NCBI GenBank assembly: GCA_003971905.1
Contig: RSEE01000073.1
Coordinates: 310,001-358,261 of the forward strand
DNA from: Moniliella sp. 'wahieum'
Lineage: Eukaryota
Direction of reading: 5' to 3'
DNA length: 48,261 nt
A program made the translations under genes and the position numbers. Every line of letters starts with the position of its first letter. Within the stretch, counting starts at the first letter, position 1. Below, piece by piece: positions 13,139 through 27,315 of this stretch. The notes under the pieces are model-generated. The model was not told the origin of the DNA, did no database searches, and saw only the letters and a program-made list of their open reading frames with translations.

Positions 13139-14382
13139 CTACTTGTTCTCAATGGAAGACTCGACCTGGATTTCAGGGTCGTTAAATTCAGAATCCGCCT
13201 CATGAAGTGCGTGGCCAAACCATGGGGCGTTTAGCCACGACTCGGCACCGGTGTAGATGAAAGCATCGTAAATGAAAGCGCCAAACATCCACCCGACGTA
13301 GGGCCAAGGATTGGGGTCCAGATCCAGTACCATGCGTTCCGAGTCCAGAGGACGTGTTTGGGGTAGCCCACCATCGACATTGCCACACGAGCACCAAAGT
13401 CGCGCGCTGGGTTGAAGCAAAACTCTGTCTGCCATCCGATTGCCGTAGCAAGTCCGATCAGTACGAAGGAAAGCACCCATGGCGCCATTCCATTGGGAAG
13501 CGGGTTGTTCCCAGAGTCACCGACAGCTAAGACCGCCATCATCAGAATCATCGTGCCAAAGCACTCGTTCCACCAAGTACTAATCCGCGTGCTAGGCGTC
13601 TCCAGCCAATTGCCCGCAGGGAATGAGACGAAGCTCAATGCCGTCTTCTCCGTCTGCTCTGGATCGACCATCCGAATGGGGTTGCAGTAGATACTGTAGG
13701 TGACCAAAGCACCGAGGATGCTACCGAGCACGTGGGCAGCACAGTACACAGGTACTTTTTTCCAGGGAAACTTGCGAAAAATAGCCATGGCGAGGGTGAC
13801 GACTAAGCGCATGATAGTATAGAGATAAGGTCAGTTGATGGACTCCCGAGAAAAATGGGATTACAGTACACGTACCGGGATTGATGTGACCACCTGAAAT
13901 CCCACCTGAGATCCAGGCACCTAGCCCAAGTCCCACACCCACGCAATAGAGTCACTAAGCCAGTTGCCCTTGGCACTATCGTTGCCAAGCAATGCCGCCG
14001 ACACATTGACTTGGCAGTTCACCGCTGTACCAAAGAAGACAAGGATAAATATGCCAAGGCACTCCGCAAATGGCTCACGCAAGTGCCAGTGAATGCGCGC
14101 CCACGGGTTAGGAAATACCAAGCTTTCTCCGTGCAACAGTACGTGATCTTTAATTTCATTGTCAATAGCCGGAACAGCAGTGACAGCACCATCTTCACGG
14201 ACTGCATTTCGTGTTTCAAGGCCAACAGCATGCTGCTCATGGTGCAAGGTAAAGTTGTCACCGTGGGCCGTGAGTTGGCTAATTAGTTTTGCTTCGATCT
14301 GCTCCAGGGCATGCTGGACCTCGCTGCGGATCATGACCTGCAGCTGGTGGAGAAATTGCTCGTTGCCCGACGAATCGTTCAT
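13139..14382 (-). CDS. Aquaglyceroporin (MIP family), intron 13803..13875
   Basis: [83 protein letters not shown]. Intron GTACGT...CTGAC...TAG. Two frameshifts (~13940, ~13290). Confidence 0.93.
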
Positions 14383-14467
14383 TGGAAAGGTAGAAGAATA
14401 CGGCCGAAGAGCTGGGAAAGGAATCGTAGATGGGGAAGATTAGAAAAGAGGAGCTGGTGTTGTCTGC

Positions 14468-14474
14468 TTTTATA
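14468..14474 (-). promoter_or_regulatory. Candidate TATA box (TATAAAA) of the aquaglyceroporin gene
   Basis: Consensus match ~86 nt upstream of the ATG, followed by a pyrimidine-rich leader. Confidence 0.5.
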
Positions 14475-15174
14475 CCACTACGTGGGTCCAATATTGCAGT
14501 CATTATAGAAAGGCAAAGACTGGACTGAAAGAGATGACAAAGTTCGCAATTACCCAGCAGTTGGATCAAATATCGTACCGACCGGTGCAAAAAAAAGCCC
14601 CGCTCTTATATCTCTAACGAGAGGACCACCGGGCCTACGGCCCGGCTTGGTCCCGTCCTTGCTGTGCAGAGCTGAGTGAATCTGGGTTGATGCATGATGC
14701 ATGATGCTTGTGTTTGGAAGTTGCTACGAAGCTGAGGCGCTGAGTAGGGTGAGTTGAGGCTAAAATGGGCGAAAGACGCGGCGCTGGTACGCAACCAAGG
14801 CGCTGTATACTTTACCTGCGCGTCCGGTTGGGCTCGCACAAAACGGAAACCACTCTGTGTTAGAAAAAGAAGATGAGACGCTATCACGGTCGAGGGCAGA
14901 GGTAGGGGCCACCTCTGGGCCCACTCTTTGTATACGAAGCCGTGTCCAAGTACAAAACAGGCTCGGAACTTGAGGCCTGAGGCTCAGGCCTGAGGGCCTG
15001 ACCGGCTGTGACCGACTAATATCAACCGAACGGCAGTGATGCTAGTGATGCGTGATGCGGTCGTGCGACGGGCTGAGTTGCAACGTTACGTCAGCTAAGA
15101 ATTTGGCGTGCCCAGCAACAGCTCTCCTTCCCAAGAAGAAGCGCGTCCCGGCCACCACCACCATCTGCCGCGTA

Positions 15175-15803
15175 ATGGTGTTTGCTGTTCTGCCCCGTGC
15201 TGGTGTGCGTGCCGTAGCGCGTGTGCCAGCTGCGCCCAGGTGGCAGGCTCGCAGCTTTTCTGTCTCAGCCGTGCGAGCCACCGCGACGCCTGCGGCGCCG
15301 GCCAAGCCGAGCGGTCCCGTGGACCCCAAGTTGGTCGCTATTGTGGATCAAGTGGAGAAGCTGACGCTCTTGGAGGCTTCGTCGCTCGTCACGCTCCTCA
15401 AGGTGCGTCCTGTGTTTGGAGTCAGAGTGTGCGATGCGATGTGCATGCGACTAACCCTCCCCCCCTACAGGAGCGGCTGAACATCACCGATATTGCGATG
15501 CCAGTCGCGGCAGCAGCGCCCGGTGCCGGTGCCGCCGCCGCCCCTGCCGAGGAGGCCGAGGCGGAAGAGAAGCCCAAGGAGAAGACAATATTTGCCATCA
15601 AGCTCAAGGGATTGAAAGATGGTGGCGCCAAGGCCAAGGTGATTAAGGAAGTTAAAGCCCTCAATTCCACCATGTCCCTGGTGGAGGCCAAGAAATTTGT
15701 GGAAAGTGCGCCCCAAATCCTCAAGGACAATGTGCCCAAAGAAGATGCCGAGAAGATCATTGCCGCTATCGAAAAGGCTGGAGGTGAAGCAGAAATGGTG
15801 TAA
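15175..15803 (+). CDS. MRPL12: Mitochondrial ribosomal protein bL12m (L7/L12), join(15175..15402,15471..15803), 186 aa
   Basis: Arg/Ala-rich presequence; IVDQVEKLTLLEASSLV, EEKPKEKTIFAIKL, KAKVIKEVK...LVEAKKFVESAP. Clean phase-0 intron GTGCGT...CTAAC...CAG. Confidence 0.96.
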
Positions 15804-15814
15804 GCAGACTGCGT

Positions 15815-15842
15815 GCGATGCGATGCGATGCGATGCGATGCG
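15815..15842. repeat. (GCGAT)n pentanucleotide repeat 3' of MRPL12
   Basis: Seen directly. Confidence 0.85.
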
Positions 15843-18327
15843 GCTTGTGCCAATGGATCAGAAGCGTACTTCTCTTCTCTGTGGGTCTAGCTACGACCTT
15901 GAACCCATCCAGCAATCCACCTTCTTGTCTTGGATCTGCCCAAGAAACACGCCCGGCTGCCCCACCCTTTCCGCCTGAACTGAGTAGGATGGGTACCGGG
16001 TGCGGCTCAGGAGTTGGCTCGCGCTCGAGTTGCTCCCGTATCCTACCATACGCTCACCCCATTGCATCTATGCCCAGATCGACCCCAGCACGCGGTAGCT
16101 CTGTAGGTGAAAAGAATTGGGTTGAGAAGTCTGAATGGAAAGGTGACATGGCGACGACCGGTGAGGCAGGGCACCACCTGGGTCGTCGCCATACCCTCTC
16201 AAAGGTTCCGAGCTTGGGCGAAACGTACTCCAAGCTTGGGCGAAACGTACTCCAACTCAACCACTCAGCCAGAACCGCCTGCGATAATGGGTCGTTGCTT
16301 CCTTACCCTTCTTTTCGGTCCCTGCCCCAACCCCCCTATCGAGCCCTCAAGTGATCGTTGACCACAGCAGCAGCAGGGCGTTCTCCTTCTTAATGTGCAT
16401 TGGCATCTAGGATGATTAGTTGTTGCGTGTGTGGGTTCGGTTGTGTTACCAACACCATACGGCTTGTTCTACCGCATGCCCTAGTCGGTGGCCAGGGAGC
16501 ACCTGGACCAACGAGCGGTGCTGATCAATGCTGGAATAGAGGACACAAGAGGGCAGCGAAAAGGAGGGCTGGCGCGCGCAGCATCGCAGAGAGGAGCCCG
16601 GGTGCACATCCAGCTGTGGGGAGCAGCAGTTGCTGCTTGGTCAGTGGGTGGTGGTGCGAGGCCAGCTGGACTGGATCTACTTGATGAGACCTGGAGTCCA
16701 GATGGTCCTCGAGGGTGATGCAATCGCACTAGTGGTGGTGGTGGTGGTAGTCTAAGCCAACCAGCAACGCTTACTGAGGATCATCAAGCAGCGAGTCGCC
16801 GCCAGAGGCTAAGCTGCGGAACAAGGAAAAACAGGAGAGAGAAAAACAACGGAACTCCTAGGCCTGAGGAGGAACTGAAGGGACATTGGCCAAAGCACGA
16901 GCCACTTGGCTCAACACTACTTGAGGCCAATCGCAGGCTTTGGCCTAATAAGCCGAAAGGGGGGCTGCACGTGATGCAGCATGGGATGGGTGATGGGGAT
17001 GGCGATCCATGATCGATGGGGTGGATGATATGAAAGTTGAAACGAGGGTTTTTCCGCGGTGGATCTTTGGTCGTCGGCGTTTTCGCGATATAATCTGGTG
17101 GTGATCGATGATCGAAGATCGTTGATGGATGATCGATGATGTTCTGTTTTCCGCGTCATCGATGTGAGAGGGTAGTGCTAGGCGATGGCCGTCATCGTCA
17201 TATCGGTGATGCTCGCTTCGTTGGGCGGCAGGGTTCCGTTCGCACGCTGGCTCCATCTGCTTGGTGTCTCCATCACTAGCATCAGTCTCCTTCCCTTCAG
17301 AGTGGGCTTCAACGTCATGTGGCTCACGCTCACTACTTTGCCTTGGTGCTTCAAGTTTTATGGGGTTTGTCGGCAAGGTGCTCTGTAGCAGATTGTGCTC
17401 CCAAAAGGTGCAACGCTAACGGCAATTGAAGCGGTCGAGATATAGAGAAGAGCGTGACCGGCGACCATAGCGAGACACCCACCATCAGCGCATCAGCGGC
17501 CCCCGTAGGGTTATATACATGCGAGCTATGCTGTGCGCAGTGGCTGGTGGCCGCAGCTAGACGCCGACTGCAGGCCACCGGCCGCCAGAGCTAAGCCGGA
17601 AATCTTTCAGCCAAGGGTTGAACGTTACGATTTTAACGTTGCCATTTACCTTGAAGCTTGAAGCTTGACTAGCTTTTGAACACGTTGCCTGTTGCATGCT
17701 AACGTGGTAGCGTTATAAACGTCAACACGTTGCCTACTGTGCTGAGGGCATTGGCTGAGGCCGGCGCTGAGGCGCTGAGGGCTGCGGCCTGGGAGCTTGA
17801 GGCTGCTCAAGCGCCAGGGCTGGGGGTCTGAGGGCAGAGGGCCTGAAGCCTGAAGGTGACTATGACTTTGGGGGCGGCCGCGGGGGGGGGGAGGCGGCGA
17901 TGTGGTGGCCTTGGTGGGCGGTGGGGCTGACTAGGAGGGACGCGAGCGTGCCTGGTGGCTGGGGAGCGATGTGGGATATGCTTCGCTCTGTGGGCTGCTG
18001 GCATGCTGGTGTTGGGAGTGCGTGTTAAAGGCGGGGGTACGTAGTGCGTGTGCGGTGATGAGGGCGGGCCCAGGCGGCACAATGGGCAGTGGCGAGGAGT
18101 GGGTACATGCAGGCGGCGGTGGGTCAGTGTGGCCATGGGCTGTCAGTTGGGTCCTCAGCCTGTGCCATCATGCATCCGTTGCATCCGTGCATCAGCAGCA
18201 TTGCAATCAGCCATCCCCCATCCCCATCAGATCGATCGACTGATACGCCGTCTCAGTACCCACCCAGTACTCACCATCCCGCCGGTGGGGGCGCATGCGT
18301 AGCACGGGGGCAGTGTGCGCAGTTGCA

Positions 18328-21294
18328 ATGTTGCAGCACATGCACGGCCCAGTGGGCGCGGTGGGCCGGCAATTGCCCCACCTCTTGCCTCGCACCGTGG
18401 CCATCGAATCGCCCACCCGCCCTCCCAGCTGCCCAGCCACCCCCACCATCCCCACCACTCTCTCCCCCATCCACGCCGTCCACACCATGCCCCTTGCCCT
18501 CGCTGCGTCGGTGCCCAGCCCAGATGGGCGCCTGCTCGCCCACTCTGCAGCCCCTTGCCCATCTAGGCAGCTCACCCCAGCCCCCCCGCTGCCGACACGC
18601 CGCTTGGAATGGACACCCCTCGCGGCTCCTGCCCCGAGCACACCACCAACGAGCCTGCACTCGTCGCTCTCAAGCGCACCCCATCGTCTGACCACCCAGA
18701 CGGCGCTGCAGCTCAGCGACCCACGTCCCATCCGAGTCGGTCCGTCATCCCGAGACGCAGCAGAGTGAGGGTATGTCTATACTCCACCGTCGTTCTTGCC
18801 CATTTGAGGAGGATGCTTGAGCCAGATGATTGACATTCCTGCTTAGACCAGCGCTTCCCAACACTCTTTCTACTTTCCTCCAAGCCTCTTTCCCGAAGAT
18901 GTGCTGCCCAACTCCCCTTCTCGACTGGGTGACTTTGCGGATGCCTTCCGCTCCTATCCTTCCACACCGCCCGTCGGGACTCGCATTCGGATGTTGATGC
19001 TGAAGCTGAAGCTGACGTTCCCACCCCCGAAACGCCAGCAGCACCAGGGTTCCCTGATGTCACCGCGCCGTTTGGGCGGGTCCACTTTGCGATGGAGTTC
19101 GACGAGCTTAAGCCATTTGAGTTGACCCCTGCCGAAGACTTGCAAGATAAGGACGACAAGTCCCACCTTAAAACGGACGTGAAACCTTCGTCCGAAAATG
19201 CCCATAACCTACCGCTCTTCCGTTACAGCAAGCGACGCTATCTTCTGCTCATGGCTGCAAGTAGCGAGCAGCGTGCGCAACAGAAGGCTCATCAGGACGT
19301 TCATTCAGAACGCGAAACGTCGCAGATCCCACCGTCAGTTCCTCCCTTTTTGATTCCTCCTTCTCCAGCTTGGAGACGAGTGGCAACAAAAAAAGTCTAC
19401 CCATGCCGGACAGCCCATCCATATCCCCAGTGGAGTCATATCGGGTCACGGATGAGGCCGCTTCCCTTTGGGATCCAGTACCATCGGCGTTGTGCCAGAG
19501 ACCATGCAAAGCCCATTGAGAAAGCGACGGGGGGTGAATTGGAGGGAAGCACGTGGCTTCCGGACCTGCGCTCCCAGTTGAGCCAGCCCGACATCCCCCT
19601 CCCCTGCAGCCAACTTGGCTTCGCCCTTGACTCAGCAGGCCCCACCACTGCCTTCTCCGGTCCAGCCGCAGGCTTCTACGTTAGGTGGATCAGGTGCCTC
19701 CGGGCCACATGGCCACTTGCGTTCCCACTCAATGCCTTTCTTCTCCACACCGTACCCTTTCTTTTCCAACTCACCGGCACCCATCGTGGATTTGGCCACG
19801 TTGGCTTCGCTTCCGGATGGGGTGCCCAATCTGTGGCCTCTCTTGGTAACCCGTGCCGTCCAGATCGATCGCGAATGCGCCTATTCCATTGTCCCCGACA
19901 ACTAGGCATTCACCAGAGCAGCGCGCGAGCTCGCATTTGGTCTTGACCCGTCTGGCTCGAGGAAATCTTCTGCGCCAGAAGGGATTCCAAGGATGCCCAA
20001 CGGTGCCTCAGACACACATTCATTCATTTCGCCGGGCACATTCCGTGCTCTGCCTCGTGGCGAGCCCGCCGTCTCGCCTTCTGGGCCAGTTTCCTCCACT
20101 GGATCTGCCCTTAGCCAGTCACCCCAACGGGATCAATCGTGCACAAGCCCCGACCGTGCTTCCCGCTCCAGCACCCCGCAGCCCATGTGTCGTCCAACGG
20201 TACCACCCCGACGGTGCCGATGGGGCGGGTCCCTCTTCGTTTCCTTGCACTTCCTGCCATATGGTTCTCCACAACGCAAGGAGTGTTGGAGCACAGGCGT
20301 TGCATGCGACGAAGGCTGTCTCACCCGTTGCTCTGCCCGCTTCTGTGCATACAACAGAGGACGCCCCAGCCTCTTTACTGATCTCGATCGCAGAGGGCAC
20401 GCCAGTAGCGCAAGAGACGCGTCGAAGCGAGCTGCCCTTGAGCCCAGGTGTGCATGGGCATGCTGCCAGCAGCGCCGGGAGCAAGGAGGCCAGCACTGTC
20501 AAACGCGGGGGGCGCGGGAAACAAGAGGAAAGCAAGTCGGCAGGGGAGCGGACCCACGTATGCTCGAGCTGCACCAAATCCTTTACGCGTCGTTCGGACT
20601 TGGCGCGTCACTTGCGCATCCACTCGCGAACGAACGTCCGTTTGCGTGCGACTATCCCGGCTGCCACAAATCCTTTATCCAGCGATCGGCTCTGACCGTG
20701 CACACGCGTGTCCACACGGGAGAGCGGCCGCACCAGTGTCTGGGGACGGCTGTGGTAAAAGCTTCAGCGACTCGTCTTCTCTTGCGCGGCATCGCCGTAC
20801 CCACTCGGGCAAACGTCCCCACTGCTGCGCTTTCCCCGGCTGCAACAAACGCTTCACTCGTCGCACCACCCTCAACCGTCACGTGCACCAGCATCAAGAC
20901 CGTCTGATGGAGATGGGACTGACGATCGACGCTGCTTGCCCCTGAGTTCCCGGAAGAGGAGGACGGAGGAGAGGGGAGAAGCATCGACGAAGAGGGATGC
21001 GGAAGAGGACTGAGGACTAGCTTCTCGGTAGAAAATACGAGCCGCCGTCATTCGCGCTCCTCTTCTTCCTCTCACCGCGACGGCCCTGTTACCAAACGGC
21101 CTCGTCTGTCCGGGTTCACTGGCCCTGCTACCACTGCCACCACGACTGCAATGCCCTTTCCCGGTACTGCTGCCGCCGCCAAAAGCACTTCACCTTCGTT
21201 GGACCACCGCATTCCTTCTGAAGCAGAGGCCGCACGAGTGCTACTGGAAACCGCGCAAGCCGCCCCTTCCCTCGCCATTGAGCCGGCGGCTTGA
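18328..21294 (+). CDS. C2H2 zinc-finger transcription factor, four fingers (possibly Znf2-like); intron 18771..18846
   Basis: Fingers at ~20555-20895: [97 protein letters not shown]. They are split over three frames by indels. Start and N-terminal region are approximate. Confidence 0.85.
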
Positions 21295-24200
21295 CACGGG
21301 TGAGTTACTAGCTCCACTCGCTGGCTTGGTTGGTGCCTCTATATCCAACCAGTGTAGAGGATGAAAAGGGGGCCGCGGACCCCCCCTCTCTCCCTCACGA
21401 ATCGCTCCCAACCATCTTTCTTGCTACCACTCAAAATTGCCGCGGAGCCTGCAAGCTCGTGACCGGACCCTGAAGCTGCGCTTTTGTCTTTTTCCATCAT
21501 GATGGATGCTCGGTTTCTCTTCTGTATTTGTACAACCCCCCACCCCCCGCCCCCCCCACTTTCTTGTCAGCATGTGTGTTTCTTGGGTTTTTGGATTTGA
21601 TTGGGATTGCTGCTTGACACCTGACGGGGGCGTAACCCTTGCCCGCTGTTCGGTGCAGCAAGGCGCACCTAGGTTTCTCTTCTCTGCTGGTATTGGATTG
21701 TATTCTTCTCCTTCCTCGTTGCGCGACCGGGAAGGAGGGCACCACACATCGCGGGTAGGACAGAAGCCTCACACCATTTCTTCCCTCCCGAAAAGAGACA
21801 CAGGCCGGGCCGCGGGCCGTGGGTCCCGAATGGGCCCGTCCCGTTGACGTTGCCCATGATGTTTGCCCAACACGGAGTCTCGTTCCCCCTGGCTCGCCCC
21901 TAATTTCCGTCCTCCTAAGCCTGCCTTTTTTGCCTTGTCCTCGTTGTGACTGCTCCGCCCGTGGTGGCAGTTGCGTTAAGAGTGCCAAAACAGGATCACG
22001 GTCCACCTGCAGTGGCACACGCTCAACTGTGCACCCCCCATCCTCCCCTCAGTCCAGGATCTGTACCACTTATATCCTGTCTCGTAACCATATCACATCC
22101 TGTCGCATCCTCCCATGCCATTACATAGCATCGCGCTGCATGTCTACCCGTACCCACTGCCTCTGGATCTCGGATCAGATCTCAGATCGTATTCTCTTGG
22201 CCTGGTCACTGCGCTACTACACTGTACTGTGCCACTACACTGTACTGTGCCACCACGTCCCATTCCAGCATCAACTCATCACCCCGGCCACCCCGCCACA
22301 CCTCCGTCTCTCTCTTGGCCGTGGTTCCGACCCCATCCACTGCTTCCAGTCTCCTACTTCCCACCCCTATCTTGAGCGCGCGCTCGTCCCCATCGATCGC
22401 CCTCTCAGATCTCCGACTTCATCCACTCATCACCATCCTCCTCCTGGCCCCTTACCATGTGTGCCATTGAATTCGCCTGTCGCCCCCCAAACGAGAACTT
22501 GCACGCCCACTGGCGAGCACAGAGAGAGGTACCAGTTACCGCATAGAGTGTAGTACCGATCCTTGACCGTGCAGTGAGTGGAACGCACACGTTGAACGGC
22601 GAATATTGATGATCGATGGTCGATGGTCGATGGTCGAGAGGACGGATTCATAGTGCTCCTGAATGTGCTCTGCCGTGGATCTCTCACAAGGGCACTCGTG
22701 GCACCATTCTGGGTTAGCCAAGAGCACAAAGGGGGGGGGGGTCGTCGCGAGGCCCAAGAGAGGCAAGAGAGAAGACAAGGAATAGGAAAGCGAGGTCGCT
22801 GCCCAACACACTGTTGCCCCCCGGTGCATGCGCCTAGGCAAGCTATTGGCTGTCCATCTCCGGAACACTCAGTACTCATTACCGACCTCTCTGTATCAAT
22901 CCACCGGCGGTTAGGTCGATCAGGGCGAAACGGAAAAGGAGCGTAGGGGTGTGGCGTATATGTTGGACGTTGGACCACGTGGGCTATTACAACGTATATT
23001 TTGCACGAACGTTGGGGGTGGAAATGTGGCTGCGGTGGATACTCGGAGATTATGTTCAACGTAGTACGTTGAGGACGTCGAGGCCGTTGGTGAGTTCCTG
23101 AGGGCGGGGTCTTGGTTCAACGTTCACGCGTTCACGTTCATGCGAGACGCGTGACGCGTGACGTAGGCGATCTTCGTTGGACGTTGGGGAGGTGTGACGC
23201 GTGACGCGTGAGTACTACTCACAGTGGGGTTGGGGTAGGTTGGGGTGCGGGTGCGACAGGTGGCATGCCACTGCCATGTCATACTCAGTTCTTGGTTCCC
23301 CTTCCTGTTGTCGTCACCGGGTCACCCCACAGTCCATGCCCTGCTACCCAATAGCCCCACCGTCCTCGCCGGTGACGCCGGTGACGCGTGACGGTTACTG
23401 GTGGCCACAGGCACCTCGGTCACCGGTCACTTTTCATGCATCGTGTCAGCCACGCCCGGGAAATTCATTTATCCATCGCCGCCGCCGCTTCAAGTGAAGC
23501 TTCACATGCATCACGCATCGCGCATCACGCTGGCAAAGCAGCGAGCAGCCGAGGAGGCAAGCCACGCTATGTGATGCGTGGCGCGTGACAATGAGTCAAT
23601 TAGTGCTTCTACCTAGGAACCATATATGGTGCTGCGGAAACAACGGCACCAAGCGAGCGCCTGTGACATGTGACATGTGAGCGCCCGTCTATGCCCATCG
23701 AACCCCCCGCCTCGGCCGCGCTGCCAGGCCCTGCGCTTCCCCGGCAGATTCGCACGCCACCCAACGCAACGCCACGCGCCACACATGCCCACGGGGGCAA
23801 CGTGGGAAACGTACGCGCTGGTCTGAGATCTGAGGTTCTGAGTTCTGAGTACTGAGTACCTGACTGTCCTCTGAACGTACGAGTACTCAAGTACTGGTAC
23901 CGAGGACGGAGTACCGAGTACAATTCTATGGCACTTCGGGCGGAAGGGCGAGAGTCGACTCCTCACGGGCTATGTCACGTCATCGCGTTTTCATCCAGGT
24001 AGCGCAGTGCATTGGATGTTGGTGGTTAAATATTAAATGCTAAACGTTAAGGTTCAAGCGCTATGCCTTCCATGCCGAGAAGAAGAGACAGGGGTTCGAA
24101 CAAGCGGGTGTAATATCTTCTATTACCATAACGGAGTGTAACATGTAATGTGTATACATGTGGAGGCTTTGGAGGTCAACATCAGGGACAAATGGTGATA

Positions 24201-27200
24201 AGGACGATACGGCCTAAGGCCAAAAGCTTAGGGCTCCTCGGCCTACGCGGGTCCCAACAGTCCCAACATCAGCAACAAGAGTGAAAGCTTAATACCCTGT
24301 CGGAACTCTGGCACTGATGCTCTGCGTGGCTCCGTCAATAGGATCATCCATCACAAGAACCGTGTGTGTGACATGCATGACAGCGGGGAGAGGTATATGG
24401 GAGAGTGTGGAGTGGCAGAAGGCAAGGGGGGCAAGGGAGCCGAGGATGGGACGGGAATTGGAAGGAGTTGGCCGACATGCGCCCAGGCGCTACGCGTTAG
24501 CGTTAGACCGCACGTTAGGCCGCCTTAGTCTAGGAACTGCGGCAACACGTGCAACATGATGCATGATGCAATGCATGAAGTAACATGCCACAGCAGAGGC
24601 TACAGCAAGGTACACAGCGAACTGCGGTCTGGTTCACCTCGTTGGATTTTCGTACGTTTTTTCTCGAACGCGTGGCTTTGACCGACCCAGAGCAAGTGCG
24701 GATATCCAAGTCTGTGTCTCAGTCTCACAAGGTAGGGTCTAGTAACTAAAACAGTGACCGGTGACCAATCCCTGAGCAGTGACTAGTGACTAGTGACTAT
24801 TCCGGCTATTTCTGAGTACTCGCTGGGTACTATGCTTGAAGCTTCAAGCTTCAAGTTGAACGATGGTTGGCTGATGCCTCAGATCACCCTCAGACTCAGG
24901 CCCCAGGGGCCGGGGGAATGCGTGACGCTTAAAGCTTAAAGCTTAAAATGCTGTGGCGGGTGTCGCAGACCAGCTGGTCCGCGCTGGTGCTCTATCTAAT
25001 TAATTAATCGGTTCGAACACCTGCATCAGATAACCAGTTGCCCCATTGAATATTGAGGGGCGTACGGTCGGGGGTACCTTCTGTGCGGCTTTTTGTGTAG
25101 CGGCAAGCGACGGAAATGCGCGGCTGTTGGATCGTCAGCGCGTCAACAGGCCACATATGTCAACCGAAACATGTTATACGGTTGCCTGTTAGCATGTTAT
25201 AGTGCACACCAAATCTCAGATCTTCTCCGCAGCGATCTAATTTCCGTGATCGGAAACCATGCGGTCCGAGAGCATCTTGATATCAAAGCGCAGCGAGCGA
25301 CCGAGGCAAATTGATTGCCTGTCGTGCGCCTCGGTCCGCCTCGGTCGAACACCCATCAAATACCGTACTTCCTTCCTCTCTCACGATAATATAGTTGCGC
25401 CGGAAAATGTCAGCTGCACTATCTGGGATCCTGTGGGAGGGGGGAAAGTGCGGCGTTCAGGGCGAGGGAAGTGGCTTGGTAAGCGCCAAGATGAATAGGG
25501 CTCTGGGGGCAATGTGATACATCCGCTTTGTGTGGCCTCTTGCGCCCTCCCCAACTGCGGCTGCGCCGGGTCGAGGAATGGATGCGAACACATCCTGCAC
25601 TCTCTGATGTACTTCCTCTGCATTGAACGTTGAACACGTTGAACTGATCGTTAATCTAAGCGTTGCCCTCGTATCTTTTGCCCGAAAGAACTTGATGGAA
25701 CTCACCGTTGAGGCGTTGAGACTGAGGTTAAGAGTGCGGAGTACCGAGACTCAATACGTAGGGACTGTGACATGTGAGTAATTGAATATTGAGCAGAACT
25801 CAGTCTGAAGAGTACTCACTGAGTGCTGAACTCAAGTACACTGCCGTGTTGTCATCGAACTTATTCTGTCCACACAGCAACACCACGGCCGAAAACGCCG
25901 GAAGGGGCCCTCACCAGCCCGAGGCTCACAAGCGTCACGCGTCACGCATAACTTCCTCGGCCTTAGGCCTAGGCCTCTTTCGATGCGAGAGCGCAGGCTC
26001 CGTTGAATTAATGATTGTTGACGTTAGTGCGCTGACGCGCAGCAGAACTAGCGGCGCTTGCGGCGGAGCGGGATCGCATGTCTTAGGTACGCCGTCATCC
26101 TGATTGTGATTGTCGAATGTGCGGAGGTGGCCGTCAGCGCGTCAGGGCACAGGGGCTGTTTATCGTGGAACTGCCCAGTCTGACATCTGGACAAGTCGGC
26201 TTCTTAGACGCCGCCGGAGGCTCCTTTTGCAAGGCTGGGGGCCGTGTGCCCGCACTTTTGCTCGCCCGTCACGCGTCACACGCCACGCGTCACGCGTCAG
26301 GTGCGTCCCCGCTCCGCCCATCATGCATCATACATCATACATCATCTATCCTCCGCACCTTGAGCTTGATCAATGATGTCGAGGCCCAGCGCCTACTCAT
26401 CGACCAGCATTCTGTACTCAGTTTCCTCCGTGCTAGAGCTTGACACACAGGGAACTCCGTGAGCCCACCTTGCCAATGCCGCACAGTGGCGGCATTTTGG
26501 CGGCAGGCCAGCGTAACGCGTAACGTTGCTCGATGCCTTTTTCATTGGTGGATTGAGGAGCATTGAATATTGATGCAGTCTCTCGCCGCACATGCAAAGG
26601 TCTTAACACTCAGTGCATCCCATGATCGATGATCATCTCTCAGATCTTAGAACCCAACAGACGATGCCGGTGAGGCCACTCCTTTTGGACAAACCGTTTT
26701 GCCAGACCATTGGTTTCGCTCTAGGACAGCTCAGCGCCACAGACACATTTACATGGCCCCCGCTCACCGGTCGCGGATTATCGATCACAGACATCAACTC
26801 ACAATCACCGTGATCGATGATCGATGATCAGTGTCCAACGAGCCAAGAACCGCCTAAGGCCGAAGGCCGAAGGGGCTTAGAGCTTCTTCTAAAGAGCGAC
26901 CGCCATTTTTAGGAACACACACCCTGCTGGGGAGAAGGCGGAGAAGGGCGGGGACCAACAATAGGCGACACCAGCCTTCGTTGCAGGGCCACGGGCGACA
27001 GTTACGCTAGTTACCGATGACCAGCTCACTATGGGCGGCGGCGCCAATCCTTCTCCTGAGATCTAAGATTTGAGAGTCACGCGTCACGTGTCACGCGTCA
27101 CGAGTCACCCAGGACTCAGTCTGCGAACTCAGTCAGGTACTCAGGACTGCCGTTCGCTCGGTCCCCGCACCAAGACTCAGCAAGTGCACGAAATCAGATC

Positions 27201-27315
27201 CCAGCACACCAAGGACAGCAATGGCAATGGCAATGGCCCACGATCATGATCGCTGATGCCCCCGCGCCCCCCCACGGAACCGCGCAACGTGTCACGGCAC
27301 CCCATGTCTAACACG

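Noticed and set aside
13139..14382. Horizontal transfer of the aquaglyceroporin (lower GC)
   Set aside because: The protein looks like an ordinary basidiomycete aquaglyceroporin with a native-type intron. Composition alone is insufficient.
15880..17520. Possible small minus-strand genes (ORFs 16054, 16481, 16945; TATA-like motif at ~17511-17518)
   Set aside because: No homology and no consistent exon model.
24020..25020. tRNA genes suggested by GGTTCGAAC/GGTTCAAGC motifs (24051, 24093, 25010)
   Set aside because: No cloverleaf or acceptor stem; only partial B-box matches.
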